A stretch of 64,000 nucleotides of DNA from Meyerozyma guilliermondii (lineage: Eukaryota), in contig CP128817.1 of NCBI GenBank assembly GCA_051546255.1, forward strand, positions 1,054,001-1,118,000, written 5' to 3'. A program made the translations under genes and the position numbers. Below the pieces are notes generated by a model. It was not told the origin of the DNA and searched no databases. It was given only the letters and a program-made list of their open reading frames with translations. Of this stretch, positions 9,670 through 20,330 are shown one piece after another. Positions within the stretch are counted from its first letter, which is position 1. The number at the start of each line of letters is the position of its first letter.

Positions 9670-11850
9670 TTACAAGGAAGGTCCGTCAGAGACAACCTTT
9701 TCGATTTGAGGTCCAAACGAAGCGACACACTTGGCCATGGTTGGAGAAGAACGAGAAATGACATCGGTAAAGTAGAAGTTGGTGATTGGGTTCTTCAATT
9801 GGATTCCAACTGGAGATGCCTTACTGTTTCTCGTCACCAAATCTTGCACACCGAGTGCTGCCACATCAGAAGATGCTGGTTCCACCACTCCATGTCTCAC
9901 CAAGTGAGGAGCAATCTGGCCCAAACGTCCTCTAAGGGCATATAAATCGTCATAAGGCAATGGGGCGTTCAAGTAGTCTGAGAGTGCTCTGATAATCTTC
10001 CAGTCCTCACGGGCAGATTGTGGAGGGTTTGTAGCAGAACGAGTAACCTGGGTTCTTCCTTCAGTATTGATGTAGGTGGCAGACTTTTCAGTGTAGGCTG
10101 CACCTGGCAAAATGACGTCGGCAAGAGCAGCTCCGGTCTCACCATGATGACCCTGGTAAACCACAAAGGCATCCTTAGGAATATCACCGGGGTTTACTTC
10201 GTCGGCTCCAAGTAAGTAGACAAACTTGGGAGTAGTCTTCTTAGTTTCTTCATTAAAAGTGCTGAAACCAACGTCCAAGGCACCAACTCTAGATGCCTCA
10301 CGATGAAGGAGGTTAAGACCGTTCCATTCTTCAGTGTTGAAGTTGGAGTTCTTCGAAACAAAGTCACCAACAGTCTTGTAAATGGCAGCGGCATCTTCTG
10401 ACTCGGCAGCTCCAGATCCAACAATGATCAATGGACGCTTGGCACCAGCCAATTTCTTACCGTAAGCACCAGTGAGAGCCTTTTCCAATGCCTTGACATC
10501 GGTACCGAGGTTCTTGACATCAAAGGTGGAATCGAACTGTTCTCCAACTTGGGCAATTTCAAGGTCTGAGCGTAACCAAACCTTTCTGATTCTGGCATTC
10601 AACACAGCAGCTTCGTGACGAGGATTAGTACCGATCAAGAGAATTTGGTCGGCATCTTCGATGCCATCAATGGTGCTGTTGAAAACGTAGTTTGATCTAA
10701 AGTCAGCACCGTGAACATCGACGTTTTGTTCGACATCTGTGGTAACGTTTTCAGAGCCCAAACGATTGATCAAATCCTTCAAAGCTACCATAGATTCGAC
10801 GTCGGCGAGCGCACCAGCCACTGCCTTGACCTCATCACCTTGTGGCTTGACCTTGGCAAATCCAGCAGCAATGGTACTGAGGGCTTCGTCCCAAGTAGCA
10901 GGAACAAAATTGGAACCGTTCTTGATCAATGGAAGGGTCAATCTTTGGGTTCTCAAACCATCACAAGCGAAACGACTCTTGTCACTGATCCACTCCTCAT
11001 TAATGTCATCGTTCAAACGAGGAAGAACTCTCATGACGTCTGCTCCTCTAGCATCAACTCTAACATTACTTCCCACTGCATCCATAACGTCGATGGTTTC
11101 AGTTCTTCTCAACTCCCAAGGACGAGCCTTGAAAGCATATGGCTTGGAAGTCAAAGCACCAACGGGACAAAGGTCGATGATGTTACCGGACATCTCCGAG
11201 TTGATATTACGTTCGATGTATGTTCCGATTTGCATGTCGTTACCTCTTCCGGCGGTTCCTAATTCCGGAGAACCTGCAACATCGTTCATGAAACGTACAC
11301 AACGAGTACAGTGGATACACCGGTTCATCAGGGTCTTGACCAAGGGCCCAATTGGCTTGTCTTCAACCGCTCTCTTACCGGCAACTTCTCTAAACCGGCC
11401 ACGGTCTGACCCGTAACGCTGAGATTGTTCTTGCAAATCACACTCTCCACCTTGGTCACAAACAGGACAATCAAGAGGATGGTTCTCCAATAACATCTCG
11501 GTCACTCCTTCCCGAGCCTTGTGGATTCTCTCTGAATCGGTGTGAACAACCATTCCATTTTGAACCGGCATGGCACAAGAGGCAATCAATTTGGGCATTC
11601 TTTCCACATCCACAAGACACATTCTACAATTTCCTGCAATTGCGAGTTTGTCATGGTAACAGTAACGAGGTATGGTAACTCCTGCCTTGTCAGCAGCTTG
11701 AATAATCGAACTTCCAGCTTCGATTTGGACGGTGCGGCCATCGATGGTAACAGAAACATCGGCTAAACGACGACTTGAAGCAGCCAAAGTACGGTTCCAT
11801 GATTTGGCTGCCGTGGGCACTTGTTTCCACGCTCTGGATGCTCTCAACAT
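9670..11850 (-). CDS. NADH:ubiquinone oxidoreductase (complex I) 75-kDa Fe-S subunit (NDUFS1/NUAM orthologue)
   Basis: IPRYCYHDKLAIAGNCRMCLV, HPLDCPVCDQGGECDLQ, MNRCIHCTRCVRF, IDLCPVGALTSK Fe-S motifs; mitochondrial presequence. Confidence 0.97.
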   Translation of the reverse strand: MLRASRAWKQVPTAAKSWNRTLAASSRRLADVSVTIDGRTVQIEAGSSIIQAADKAGVTIPRYCYHDKLAIAGNCRMCLVDVERMPKLIASCAMPVQNGMVVHTDSERIHKAREGVTEMLLENHPLDCPVCDQGGECDLQEQSQRYGSDRGRFREVAGKRAVEDKPIGPLVKTLMNRCIHCTRCVRFMNDVAGSPELGTAGRGNDMQIGTYIERNINSEMSGNIIDLCPVGALTSKPYAFKARPWELRRTETIDVMDAVGSNVRVDARGADVMRVLPRLNDDINEEWISDKSRFACDGLRTQRLTLPLIKNGSNFVPATWDEALSTIAAGFAKVKPQGDEVKAVAGALADVESMVALKDLINRLGSENVTTDVEQNVDVHGADFRSNYVFNSTIDGIEDADQILLIGTNPRHEAAVLNARIRKVWLRSDLEIAQVGEQFDSTFDVKNLGTDVKALEKALTGAYGKKLAGAKRPLIIVGSGAAESEDAAAIYKTVGDFVSKNSNFNTEEWNGLNLLHREASRVGALDVGFSTFNEETKKTTPKFVYLLGADEVNPGDIPKDAFVVYQGHHGETGAALADVILPGAAYTEKSATYINTEGRTQVTRSATNPPQSAREDWKIIRALSDYLNAPLPYDDLYALRGRLGQIAPHLVRHGVVEPASSDVAALGVQDLVTRNSKASPVGIQLKNPITNFYFTDVISRSSPTMAKCVASFGPQIEKVVSDGPSL

Positions 11851-12125
11851 GGTGGTGCAAACGAGTTGTAATCGAGTGGGTTGGAAGGTTTAGTTGAGTT
11901 TTTGATTATTTGCAGTATTTCGTAATGCGAAAATAAGCCCTCTGATTCGCTGGCGGATGTAGCGCACAGGCATTGGATGAGTGCACCGAGAAAAGGTAAG
12001 GTGGTACAAGGTAAGGAGAAGGTAAGGGGTAGAGTAAACGTGGTAGCCTAAACTAGTGTTCGTACATTGCGATTTTATACGGTGTCTATCACCAGTAACA
12101 TAAAAAAAAGTCTAAATTTTTCACT

Positions 12126-13751
12126 TCAATGCTCACATAACGAAAACTCTCTCGTGAACGCTCCCATACAATCTTCGATCGCCATTTGGACCGAAGCTGA
12201 CCGCTCTGCCATCAACTTCAGTCGCACCCCTTTGGTGTCCTCGAGTTTCTGGGGCCAGTCTGGTTTAATCTTGAGTATTTCTGCTTTGATTTCGTCTGTA
12301 AGTTCTCCAGTTTCCTCGTCCCACCACTCTTTTTGCTGTGGAGGAATTTCGTTGGTCGCTTTAACAAGGTGGTTATGAGGGTCCACCACGAAGAAACACA
12401 AGATTTTTCTATGGCCCTTCTTGGACTTGTCGGCTAATTCAAAGCCATCGACATGGTGCTGGAAACAATTGGGGAACACCACCACTCTATCCTCTTTGGC
12501 AATGATGCTGCCCATATTTCTGGTCATTGGTTGTTCGTCTTTGATTCCAAAGAAGTGTTCACAGTAGAATGCGTCTCCCTGCTCATATTCAGGGTCTTCA
12601 AATGCGGTCCTGAACAATAATCTGGACTCGCTGATGTTTTCTACATCGTAGTAGTATAAAACCGTGGCCACGATATCCTCGTTTATCGTACCTTCAACGT
12701 GCCACGAACCTCCAGGATACTTAGGATTTTCTGGAGTGAGATCAATGGAGGCCATTTTCACAATCACTTTCAAGTTCTGGAACAGTTTTATGTCGAATTC
12801 GACAGTTTTGGGTTCTTCAGAATAAACTGGAGGAAAAGGCTTGATATAGTTGGCCTTTTCTGCTTCAAGAGCTTCATATCTGAGATCGATATCGTTATCG
12901 TCGTCATCGTCGTCCCATATTTGTGCCACCTTGTCGTTATACTCCTTGGTATACGCATCTGTGTATGAAGGAATTGGAACCCGAATGTACTGGTCAGACG
13001 CATATCTCGATAAAGTGAGATTCAAGCCGGGGATTATAGCATTAAAAATGTCAGAAATGTCACCATAAAGCAGTTTAAACCTCTTTGGGTTAAGATTGTT
13101 AATATAAGAGTCAAATTTAAACTTTCCATCTTCAAGCTTCATTATGGCGGGTAGCCATTGAAAGTTTTCTGAAACGCCAAACGACTCAACTCCTTTTTTA
13201 ACATTTTTGATATCTTCTGTGTACTCGGCAATGGCGTACTCAGAGCCAATTTTGATTGGTGTTGTTCCATACTGAAGCGGAAACAAAGATGGATGCACCA
13301 AATCAATCACTTGGTTATTTGAACCTGGATGATAGTCAAACTTGCCTTCGAACAGATCTTCCAATTTCTTGGCATTCTCAACAAAGCTGTCTTTGATAGA
13401 ATTATAAATGGCGGTGTCACTAATTGCAATTGATTCGTTGCATCCACACTCAAATCCAGCTTCATTGTCCGCCAATTTTTCATACCATTCAAGTTCTTTC
13501 AACACAAAATCGACAATTTCCGACGCATATTTGGTTTTGCCTTCAATCTGTTGAATATACTCCTTTTTCCACTTGGCAGCGATAACTGGGTCTTTATACT
13601 TTATTTTCCAATCTGTCTTTTCTCGAATCAGATTTGAAAGTTCAATAATCTTCCATTCATCTTTGCACAATACTCTAGCACCGATCCCCGAGAACGCCTC
13701 CCAAAAGGGATGTGGAAAGGGTGATTGCAAAAGTGGTTTGGTCTTATTCAT
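12126..13751 (-). CDS. DUF4246-type fungal protein with predicted 2OG-Fe(II) dioxygenase-like fold
   Basis: DYHPGSNNQVIDLVHPSLFPL, FQWLP, SYINNL, QVIVKMA-like LKVIVKMASIDLTPE, YPGGSWHVEG, FPNCFQHHV, GHRKILCFFVVDP, REFSLCEH motifs. Confidence 0.8.
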   Translation of the reverse strand: MNKTKPLLQSPFPHPFWEAFSGIGARVLCKDEWKIIELSNLIREKTDWKIKYKDPVIAAKWKKEYIQQIEGKTKYASEIVDFVLKELEWYEKLADNEAGFECGCNESIAISDTAIYNSIKDSFVENAKKLEDLFEGKFDYHPGSNNQVIDLVHPSLFPLQYGTTPIKIGSEYAIAEYTEDIKNVKKGVESFGVSENFQWLPAIMKLEDGKFKFDSYINNLNPKRFKLLYGDISDIFNAIIPGLNLTLSRYASDQYIRVPIPSYTDAYTKEYNDKVAQIWDDDDDDNDIDLRYEALEAEKANYIKPFPPVYSEEPKTVEFDIKLFQNLKVIVKMASIDLTPENPKYPGGSWHVEGTINEDIVATVLYYYDVENISESRLLFRTAFEDPEYEQGDAFYCEHFFGIKDEQPMTRNMGSIIAKEDRVVVFPNCFQHHVDGFELADKSKKGHRKILCFFVVDPHNHLVKATNEIPPQQKEWWDEETGELTDEIKAEILKIKPDWPQKLEDTKGVRLKLMAERSASVQMAIEDCMGAFTREFSLCEH

Positions 13752-14095
13752 TAACCTTCATAGTGGACGTAGGACCTTAAATAACGTGGAAGCACATTAC
13801 GAGGTCTTGGCGCGTTTACGGGCTTATGTAAGGCTCGTAAGTGACAATAAACAAACGGTGAAATTGTGGAGATTTGCAAAATTGCAAAATTATGAAAATG
13901 AGAAAAAGAAGAGTAAAGTAGATTGGACAATTTGAAGTACGAAAGCACAACTTGACTTAACATAAGTATATGGATTACTGTATTGTAACAAAATGGGCTC
14001 TAGGCCTTTGGCTCTGTCATAATACGAGAATAAGTGTCTCGAGTATAAGCGTCTATGATGTCTACATTTATTTTCAATCCTACGTTCATTTCTCG

Positions 14096-14638
14096 TCACT
14101 TCTTCTCCTCGTCAGCTGGCAACAACATCATCAATATCATCAATGGAGGAACAATATACATCCAATTCTTCTGGATCCACGATTTCTCCACTTCTTCTCC
14201 ATCTTCTTTTTCTTCTTGCTGTACTGCCTTCTTCTTTTTCAGCTGAAGCGGAACAGGGTCCATATTGGGATTGGGACCAACCGCAGCTGAAACAATTTTT
14301 ACAGCTTTTTCGTCCTCATTATGGATCAATGCTAGTTGCATTACTTGTCCATTGTCAACAGTGACTTGAACCGCTTTATGGTCCATTCCCCCGTCCAAGT
14401 ACGTATAAGTAAAACACTCGTGTCCTGGAAGGTCTTTTGTGCCCACACAGTAATACCCTGGTTCCAAAGCCAAGGCCCCAGCGATAAATTCTGATTTTTC
14501 AGGAGTCAATTCGACAGTTCCCAAGGAGTGGAACTTATGGTCGGCGCCCTGAGCAGTGAGCGACAAGCTAACGGCATTCACCGCATGCAAAAATGATAAA
14601 ATCCACACAAGAGTGACAGAGGTGGTGGAGTAGCGCAT
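14096..14638 (-). CDS. EMC10: ER membrane protein complex subunit 10 (Emc10)-like; 180 aa
   Basis: Likely start MRYSTTSV at 14638 with signal peptide; C-terminal EKSWIQKNWMYIVPPLMILMML signature. Confidence 0.8.
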   Translation of the reverse strand: MRYSTTSVTLVWILSFLHAVNAVSLSLTAQGADHKFHSLGTVELTPEKSEFIAGALALEPGYYCVGTKDLPGHECFTYTYLDGGMDHKAVQVTVDNGQVMQLALIHNEDEKAVKIVSAAVGPNPNMDPVPLQLKKKKAVQQEEKEDGEEVEKSWIQKNWMYIVPPLMILMMLLPADEEKK

Positions 14639-14763
14639 GGTGAAAGTCGCACTAAATTTCGATAAGTCTGGTGGTGGTGATTTATTCGCGACAGACAAAA
14701 TGCGACTCGCGACCAAATCACGTCCCCAGGGCATTTTCGCTACCATTCATTGAAACAATTACA

Positions 14764-15576
14764 ATGCCCCTATGGCGCCCAGGACTTATCAGAGGCATCA
14801 AGACCTCGGTTCCTGTCTCGAATATACAAGACTGCCAATCATATCTTGATCATTGCAGGTTTAACGAAGCCAGTATCGAATCCACCATTTTTCGAGGCAC
14901 GTTTTACGAACTTGTAACCAAAAAGTTTCTCCAAAATCAGCTCAATTGTAACAGTTTGGTGCGTGCAGGAGGCGCCTACGATAACGGGGTCGATATTTAT
15001 GGCAAATGGGACCTTTCTAGGTACTGGAACCACTCGGTATCCAAAATAAGTGAGAAAGAAAAATTGCTCATAAGTCCACGAATGTTTGAAAAAAGCACAA
15101 AGCCAATTCTCCGAATATCTCGCGAGTTTTACGAACACTTTAGTCGAGTCAAACAACCCAAACATCAAATATCATTGAAACTGGATATCGATATCTTGGT
15201 GCAATGCAAAAACCACGACACAAAAATCCCCGCCCTGGTTGTTAGGGAAATGATTGGAGTGTATCATTATCATGTAACGAAGAAAGAGGAATTGCGACGC
15301 ACCATTATGTTTCTCATATCTCCAAAACCGCTCACTCCACAAGGAGTTCGTCAAGTGGATACTGCACAAATTCCTATTGTACATTGCACATTAACACCTC
15401 TCCTACCGTATCTGACCAAGAAAAATGACATCTACGACTTGGAAAACTGGGGCGGAGGAATACTAGAAACGGTATATATGAACGGAGTCTCCCGTTCCCT
15501 CCTTCAAGGTCTACAAATCGAATCCCAAATGGAACTTTTAAAGGCACACTCGAAAAGAAAAAGTATTATTCACTAA
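14764..15576 (+). CDS. RRG7: Rrg7-like mitochondrial protein (DUF2034, restriction-endonuclease-like fold); 270 aa
   Basis: STIFRGTFYE, RAGGAYDNGVDIYGKW, ILVQCKNHDTKI...VREMIG motifs; first ATG at 14764. Confidence 0.8.
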   Translation: MPLWRPGLIRGIKTSVPVSNIQDCQSYLDHCRFNEASIESTIFRGTFYELVTKKFLQNQLNCNSLVRAGGAYDNGVDIYGKWDLSRYWNHSVSKISEKEKLLISPRMFEKSTKPILRISREFYEHFSRVKQPKHQISLKLDIDILVQCKNHDTKIPALVVREMIGVYHYHVTKKEELRRTIMFLISPKPLTPQGVRQVDTAQIPIVHCTLTPLLPYLTKKNDIYDLENWGGGILETVYMNGVSRSLLQGLQIESQMELLKAHSKRKSIIH

Positions 15577-15590
15577 AAGACTCAATGAAG

Positions 15591-16781
15591 CTAGTAGTAA
15601 TCAGCACGGTACTGTCCGTTGTCATAAGTAGCCGTCTGAGGTCCCTTTACCGTCGATACGATGAATGTGGTAGCAATTCTCGTATAGGTTTCAAATGCAG
15701 TTGGGGTAATAACCTTGGTGAGCACATTTGGAACAGAAGTCGAAGTCAGTGTGGTGGTGTCTTTAACGGTTGTCAATGGGGTTGTTGGAGCCAAAGCCAG
15801 GGTAGTTGGAGCCACGCTAGTCGTCGCCGCCTTTCCCGAACCCGAGCTAGAACCGCTCAAGATATTCTTCATTTGTTCCACAAACGGTGTTCCATCGACA
15901 ACATTTCCAAAACCAGACGATGCATCCCACAACATGATACCTCCGAAATTATTAGTGGATTTGATCTGATCAACATATTGCTTAACGGTATCTGGAGTCA
16001 CATAACCAGAACCAGCAGAACTTTGAGCACCTGGAAGTCCCAAGAAAAGCTTGATATCCTTATTTGGAGAAGTTCCAGAAGCAAATGTTTGCCAAGTGTC
16101 CCAGTTGAAATTCGAACCCAACGCACAGTAATTGTTGTAAAATTGGATAAAGGCAAAGTCAACATCAACTCCACTCAAGTAATTTCCTACTGATGCATCA
16201 GGGTACGGACACTGAGGAGCAGCCGAGAGATAGTACGTCTTACTGGTATCCTTGGCAAAGTTGGTTCTCAATGCCTTTCCAAGAGCTACCGTTCCGGTTT
16301 GACTATTGTTTTCCAAGTCAAGATCAAAACCATCAACAACAGCATCGTCAAACGGCCGTTCATCGTCACTACCTCCACCAAACTTGTTCCATAACGTAGT
16401 AGCAAAAGTGGTAGCTTGGGAATCACTGGTAAATCCATACGCACCCAGCGCACCTCCCAACGATAAAAGCACCTTCTTTCCAAGACTTTGACAAGTCTTG
16501 ATGTCCTGAGCAATCGTTGAGCAGTGCTTCAAGCCATCAGGATAAGAATCACTGCAGGCGTTGGAGAAATCAAGTTGAAGATTGCTTGGGAATGAGTAAA
16601 GGAAAGATAAGAGCACAATATCAACTGCATCTGATTCACAGTAAGTGCTTAACCGTTGTTGTCCACCGTATGAGTTTTGTCCCCAATAAACGGCAACATT
16701 GGATTTCGACAGTGCATCGAAACCAGCGACTAAACTGACAAGATAACTAGCCACGAGAAAAAGAACCGAAGAAGGAAGCAT
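15591..16781 (-). CDS. Secreted class III (GH18) chitinase, Cts1/Cht-like, with Ser/Thr-rich tail
   Basis: Signal peptide; VAVYWGQNS, KVLLSLGGA, catalytic DGFDLDLENN, YYLSAAPQCPYPD, FIQFYNNYC, FGGIMLWDAS. Confidence 0.95.
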   Translation of the reverse strand: MLPSSVLFLVASYLVSLVAGFDALSKSNVAVYWGQNSYGGQQRLSTYCESDAVDIVLLSFLYSFPSNLQLDFSNACSDSYPDGLKHCSTIAQDIKTCQSLGKKVLLSLGGALGAYGFTSDSQATTFATTLWNKFGGGSDDERPFDDAVVDGFDLDLENNSQTGTVALGKALRTNFAKDTSKTYYLSAAPQCPYPDASVGNYLSGVDVDFAFIQFYNNYCALGSNFNWDTWQTFASGTSPNKDIKLFLGLPGAQSSAGSGYVTPDTVKQYVDQIKSTNNFGGIMLWDASSGFGNVVDGTPFVEQMKNILSGSSSGSGKAATTSVAPTTLALAPTTPLTTVKDTTTLTSTSVPNVLTKVITPTAFETYTRIATTFIVSTVKGPQTATYDNGQYRADYY

Positions 16782-17735
16782 TAGTGTAAGGAAGGACTAA
16801 GGTCAGGTAAGGAAAGACTTGAGTTGGACTCGGGTATCAAATTTTTCGTGGTGGTTTCTTGTATGGCCCCTACATCAATTATATACTCCTTTGCCCATTG
16901 CATGATGAATTAAAGGGTACAAGTTGAAGCGATGCATAATTGACATGATGACGCATGCGATACATAATTAAGACACATAAGTTGGCTGGTTGAACCCAAT
17001 TTCTACACCCAAAGTTATTAATTGGGAAGCAGGGTGCATAATTTGTGTACTTTTATGACTCGATTTTAACCAATTTGGGATAATATATCCAATTCAAGGA
17101 CGTTTTGGACGGTTTGGAAATTGCAGCCAGCCATCCTGCATAATGACAATGAAAATCTGGGGTAGAAGAGGATTTGACAAAGAGCCTGAACAAAGGCCAT
17201 GAACAATTGAGCCAATGAACCGAACTCATTGGTGATAATGGAAACATGTAGGCGAAATTGCAGGGGTCATCTTTGCAGCGATTTATGGTTGCTTCTGTCT
17301 TGAAACCTCTTTATCGAGATTTAGTATCGAGATCACGTGCTTTTCTCAAATGGGACACACCAGCCATTCTTACATATCCTAGCAAATATTATAAGCTGAG
17401 CTCGGTTACCTTGGCAATTCTTGCTACTGAGCTGCTAATATGCCATAAAAGGGTTGGTTTTGAACGAAAACTGTTTTCTGGACACCCAAAAAAGTTTTGC
17501 CAAAAGGCTCGGTTCTGTATGCCTTAAAAGAATATGATGCAATACACAAAAGAGTCGCTTCATTGACACCTCATTCAGTCCCAATTGGCCCAGACCCAAC
17601 CAAATTGACAAACGTTGGGTTCGGGTTTTACATTCTTACATAATCCGGCGAAACGGACAATGAGCCACAGCCCGCGTAAACGGATGCTGAGCGGCAGGCT
17701 TGCTGTGAAACAAAGACGATAGATCTACGCAGAAC

Positions 17736-17775
17736 ACAGACAAGTACAGACTACTACAGACCAGTACAGAGTACT
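17736..17775. repeat. Degenerate 10-bp tandem repeat, 4 copies
   Basis: acagacaagt/acagactact/acagaccagt/acagagtact read directly. Confidence 0.7.
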
Positions 17776-17948
17776 AGAACTAGACACAAAACAAATACAG
17801 AAGAATACTTAATCACACCTTCTAGTTCATTTAGATCAACAAAGTTATTTCACATTTTACCAGATTGGTACTTGCGTTAACGTGTTCAAATCAACAATAG
17901 TCCATTACCAGATCGGGTTCCCTTCCGCCAATGGTAGCGTCGCAATCT

Positions 17949-17958
17949 ACTTCACGTG
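17949..17958 (+). promoter_or_regulatory. ICRE/UAS-INO element (Ino2/Ino4-type) upstream of INO1
   Basis: ACTTCACGTG matches consensus WYTTCAYRTG, ~180 bp upstream of the INO1 ATG; TATAAAA at 18076-18082. Confidence 0.7.
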
Positions 17959-18130
17959 CTAATTTTCGCCGAAATCTCGCCGGGCGCGCATGAAAACATA
18001 ACACAAAACCGCGGCTCGTGCATAATTTGGCTGCGTCCCCCCTATTCCCACCCCCTCTTATTTGGCGGCCAAAAGTATAAAAGGAGGTCTCCCTCTCGCT
18101 CTTTTTCCAGCGAAAGAAAACCATCAAAAA

Positions 18131-19687
18131 ATGACCGTGTCCATCAAATCGAACAAAACCGTCAAAAAGGACAACGCTTTGCACACTACATTCACTTATG
18201 AGAATGCCATTGTTGAAAAGGACGGTGCTGGTACACTTTCCGTCACTCCCACTGCGGTGGACTACGACTTCAAGGTTGACTTGAAGGTGCCTAAAACCGG
18301 TTTGCTTTTAGTTGGATTGGGTGGTAATAATGGTACCACCTTGGTAGGATCGGTGGTGGCTAACAAGCACAATATTTCATTCCAGAACAAGGAAGGTGTT
18401 ATTAAGCCTAACTACTATGGCTCGGTGACCCAGTCATCTACTCTCAAATTGGGAGTTGATAGTGAGGGCAATGATGTGTATGCTCCATTTAACTCGCTTC
18501 TTCCATTTGTCAACCCTAACGATTTGGTGGTTGATGGTTGGGATATCAGCTCGATGAAATTGGACGATGCCATGAAGAGAGCCAAGGTGTTGGATGTGGA
18601 CTTGCAGCGCCAATTGTACCCTTACATCGACAAGATCAAGCCCAAAAGCTCCATCTACTACCCTGACTTCATTGCCTTAAACCAGAAGGAAAGAGCCGAC
18701 AATGTGTTCAATGTTGACTCCAATGGTGAAGTTGACACCAAGAATAAATGGAGAGATGTCGAGAAGATCAGAAAGGATATCCAGGACTTCAAAAAAGAAA
18801 ATGATTTGGACAAGGTGATTGTCTTGTGGACTGCCAATACCGAAAGATACGCTGAATTAATTGACGGAGTCAACGATACCGGTGACAATTTGCTCAAGGC
18901 GATCAAGGAAAACCACGACGAAGTTTCTCCTTCCACTGTTTTCGCCGTCGCTTGTATTTTGGAACAAGTTCCATACATCAACGGTTCACCACAAAACACA
19001 TTCGTTCCTGGAGTGATCGAGTTGGCTGAAAAACACCAATCTTTCATTGGAGGTGACGATTTCAAGAGTGGTCAGACCAAGATCAAGTCAGTTTTGGCCC
19101 AATTTTTGGTCGATGCCGGAATCAGACCAGTTTCCATTGCATCGTACAACCATTTAGGTAACAATGATGGTTACAACTTGTCGGCCCCTAAGCAATTCAG
19201 ATCCAAGGAGATCTCTAAGGCTTCCGTGGTTGATGATATCATCGAGTCCAACGAGATTTTGTACAACAAGGAGAAGGGCGACAAGATTGACCACTGTATT
19301 GTCATCAAGTACTTGCCTGCAGTTGGTGATTCCAAGGTGGCTATGGATGAGTACTATTCCGAGTTAATGTTGGGAGGACACAACAAGATTTCCATCCACA
19401 ATGTGTGTGAGGATTCTCTTTTGGCTACACCATTGATTATTGACTTGGTGGTAATGACAGAATTCTTCCAAAGAGTCAACTACAAGAAAGTTGGTGCTGA
19501 AAAATACGAAGATTTCTATGCTGTGTTGACACTTTTGAGTTACTGGTTGAAAGCCCCATTGGCTAAGCCAGGATTCAAGGCCATCAATGGATTGAACAAA
19601 CAAAGATTAGCTATCGAGAACTTGTTGCGTCTTTTGGTGGGATTGCCAATCAACAACGAATTGAGATTCGAGGAGAGGTTGCAGTAA
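18131..19687 (+). CDS. INO1: myo-Inositol-1-phosphate synthase; 518 aa
   Basis: [49 protein letters not shown] motifs; first ATG at 18131 (aaaaaATG). Confidence 0.98.
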   Translation: MTVSIKSNKTVKKDNALHTTFTYENAIVEKDGAGTLSVTPTAVDYDFKVDLKVPKTGLLLVGLGGNNGTTLVGSVVANKHNISFQNKEGVIKPNYYGSVTQSSTLKLGVDSEGNDVYAPFNSLLPFVNPNDLVVDGWDISSMKLDDAMKRAKVLDVDLQRQLYPYIDKIKPKSSIYYPDFIALNQKERADNVFNVDSNGEVDTKNKWRDVEKIRKDIQDFKKENDLDKVIVLWTANTERYAELIDGVNDTGDNLLKAIKENHDEVSPSTVFAVACILEQVPYINGSPQNTFVPGVIELAEKHQSFIGGDDFKSGQTKIKSVLAQFLVDAGIRPVSIASYNHLGNNDGYNLSAPKQFRSKEISKASVVDDIIESNEILYNKEKGDKIDHCIVIKYLPAVGDSKVAMDEYYSELMLGGHNKISIHNVCEDSLLATPLIIDLVVMTEFFQRVNYKKVGAEKYEDFYAVLTLLSYWLKAPLAKPGFKAINGLNKQRLAIENLLRLLVGLPINNELRFEERLQ

Positions 19688-20330
19688 TAGAGATCTAATA
19701 AACAACTATAAGCTAATTAATGGCCATTCAACCGTCTAGTTTCCCTAATTCCTTTTTCTTGCTCGTCTAATTTTAGCCTTCTTACAGTTTCCTCTGCTGC
19801 ATTCATCTGTCGCAGCCGTGCCGCGACATTGTCGCGCACCAGCCCGCGTAAAATCACATTTGCCATCGTACACCCAACAAATCTGCGCAGCCACCTGCAT
19901 GAGCCCCTCACAGGTCACAGGTGAGGGGGAGATAATTGCAGCCGTGACCTTATATAGATAACAGGTTGCAGTAACGAACAAGTCGCTTCGGGAATATATC
20001 CACCCGTACCGTTTAGTAGATTGTTACGTTTTTGTATCAATTCCAAATTTATTTCCCATCACATTGCTCATTACCCAATTAGGAAGGCAACACCAATTGG
20101 TTAAATAACGCCCCTCCCGATTATCCTTGGATATTAAAGCTAACGCTCTTAAATACCACCCGGTCACAGGCTCTCATATCTGTTCCTGAATTAAATTCTT
20201 CCCATTCCATTCCCCGCTCCATATATTACGGGGGGATCTCAGCGCGCGGCAACCCGTACCAACAAAGAACATTTTTAATTTTATCACAAAGTTTTCCCAC
20301 ATTTTCGCTAACAAGTATTTTTGATTGATT

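Noticed and set aside
11993..12027. AAGGTAAGG x3 upstream of the complex I gene (similar purine tracts near 16790 and 45250)
   Set aside because: Low-complexity promoter/terminator sequence; no specific function can be supported.
16782..17700. Possible ncRNA or small ORFs in the chitinase-INO1 gap
   Set aside because: No tRNA fold, paired C/D boxes or protein similarity recognised; consistent with two divergent regulated promoters.
17736..17775. 10-bp repeat as an interstitial telomere-like or CRISPR-like array
   Set aside because: Only four degenerate units with no spacers; resemblance to yeast telomeric repeats is too weak.
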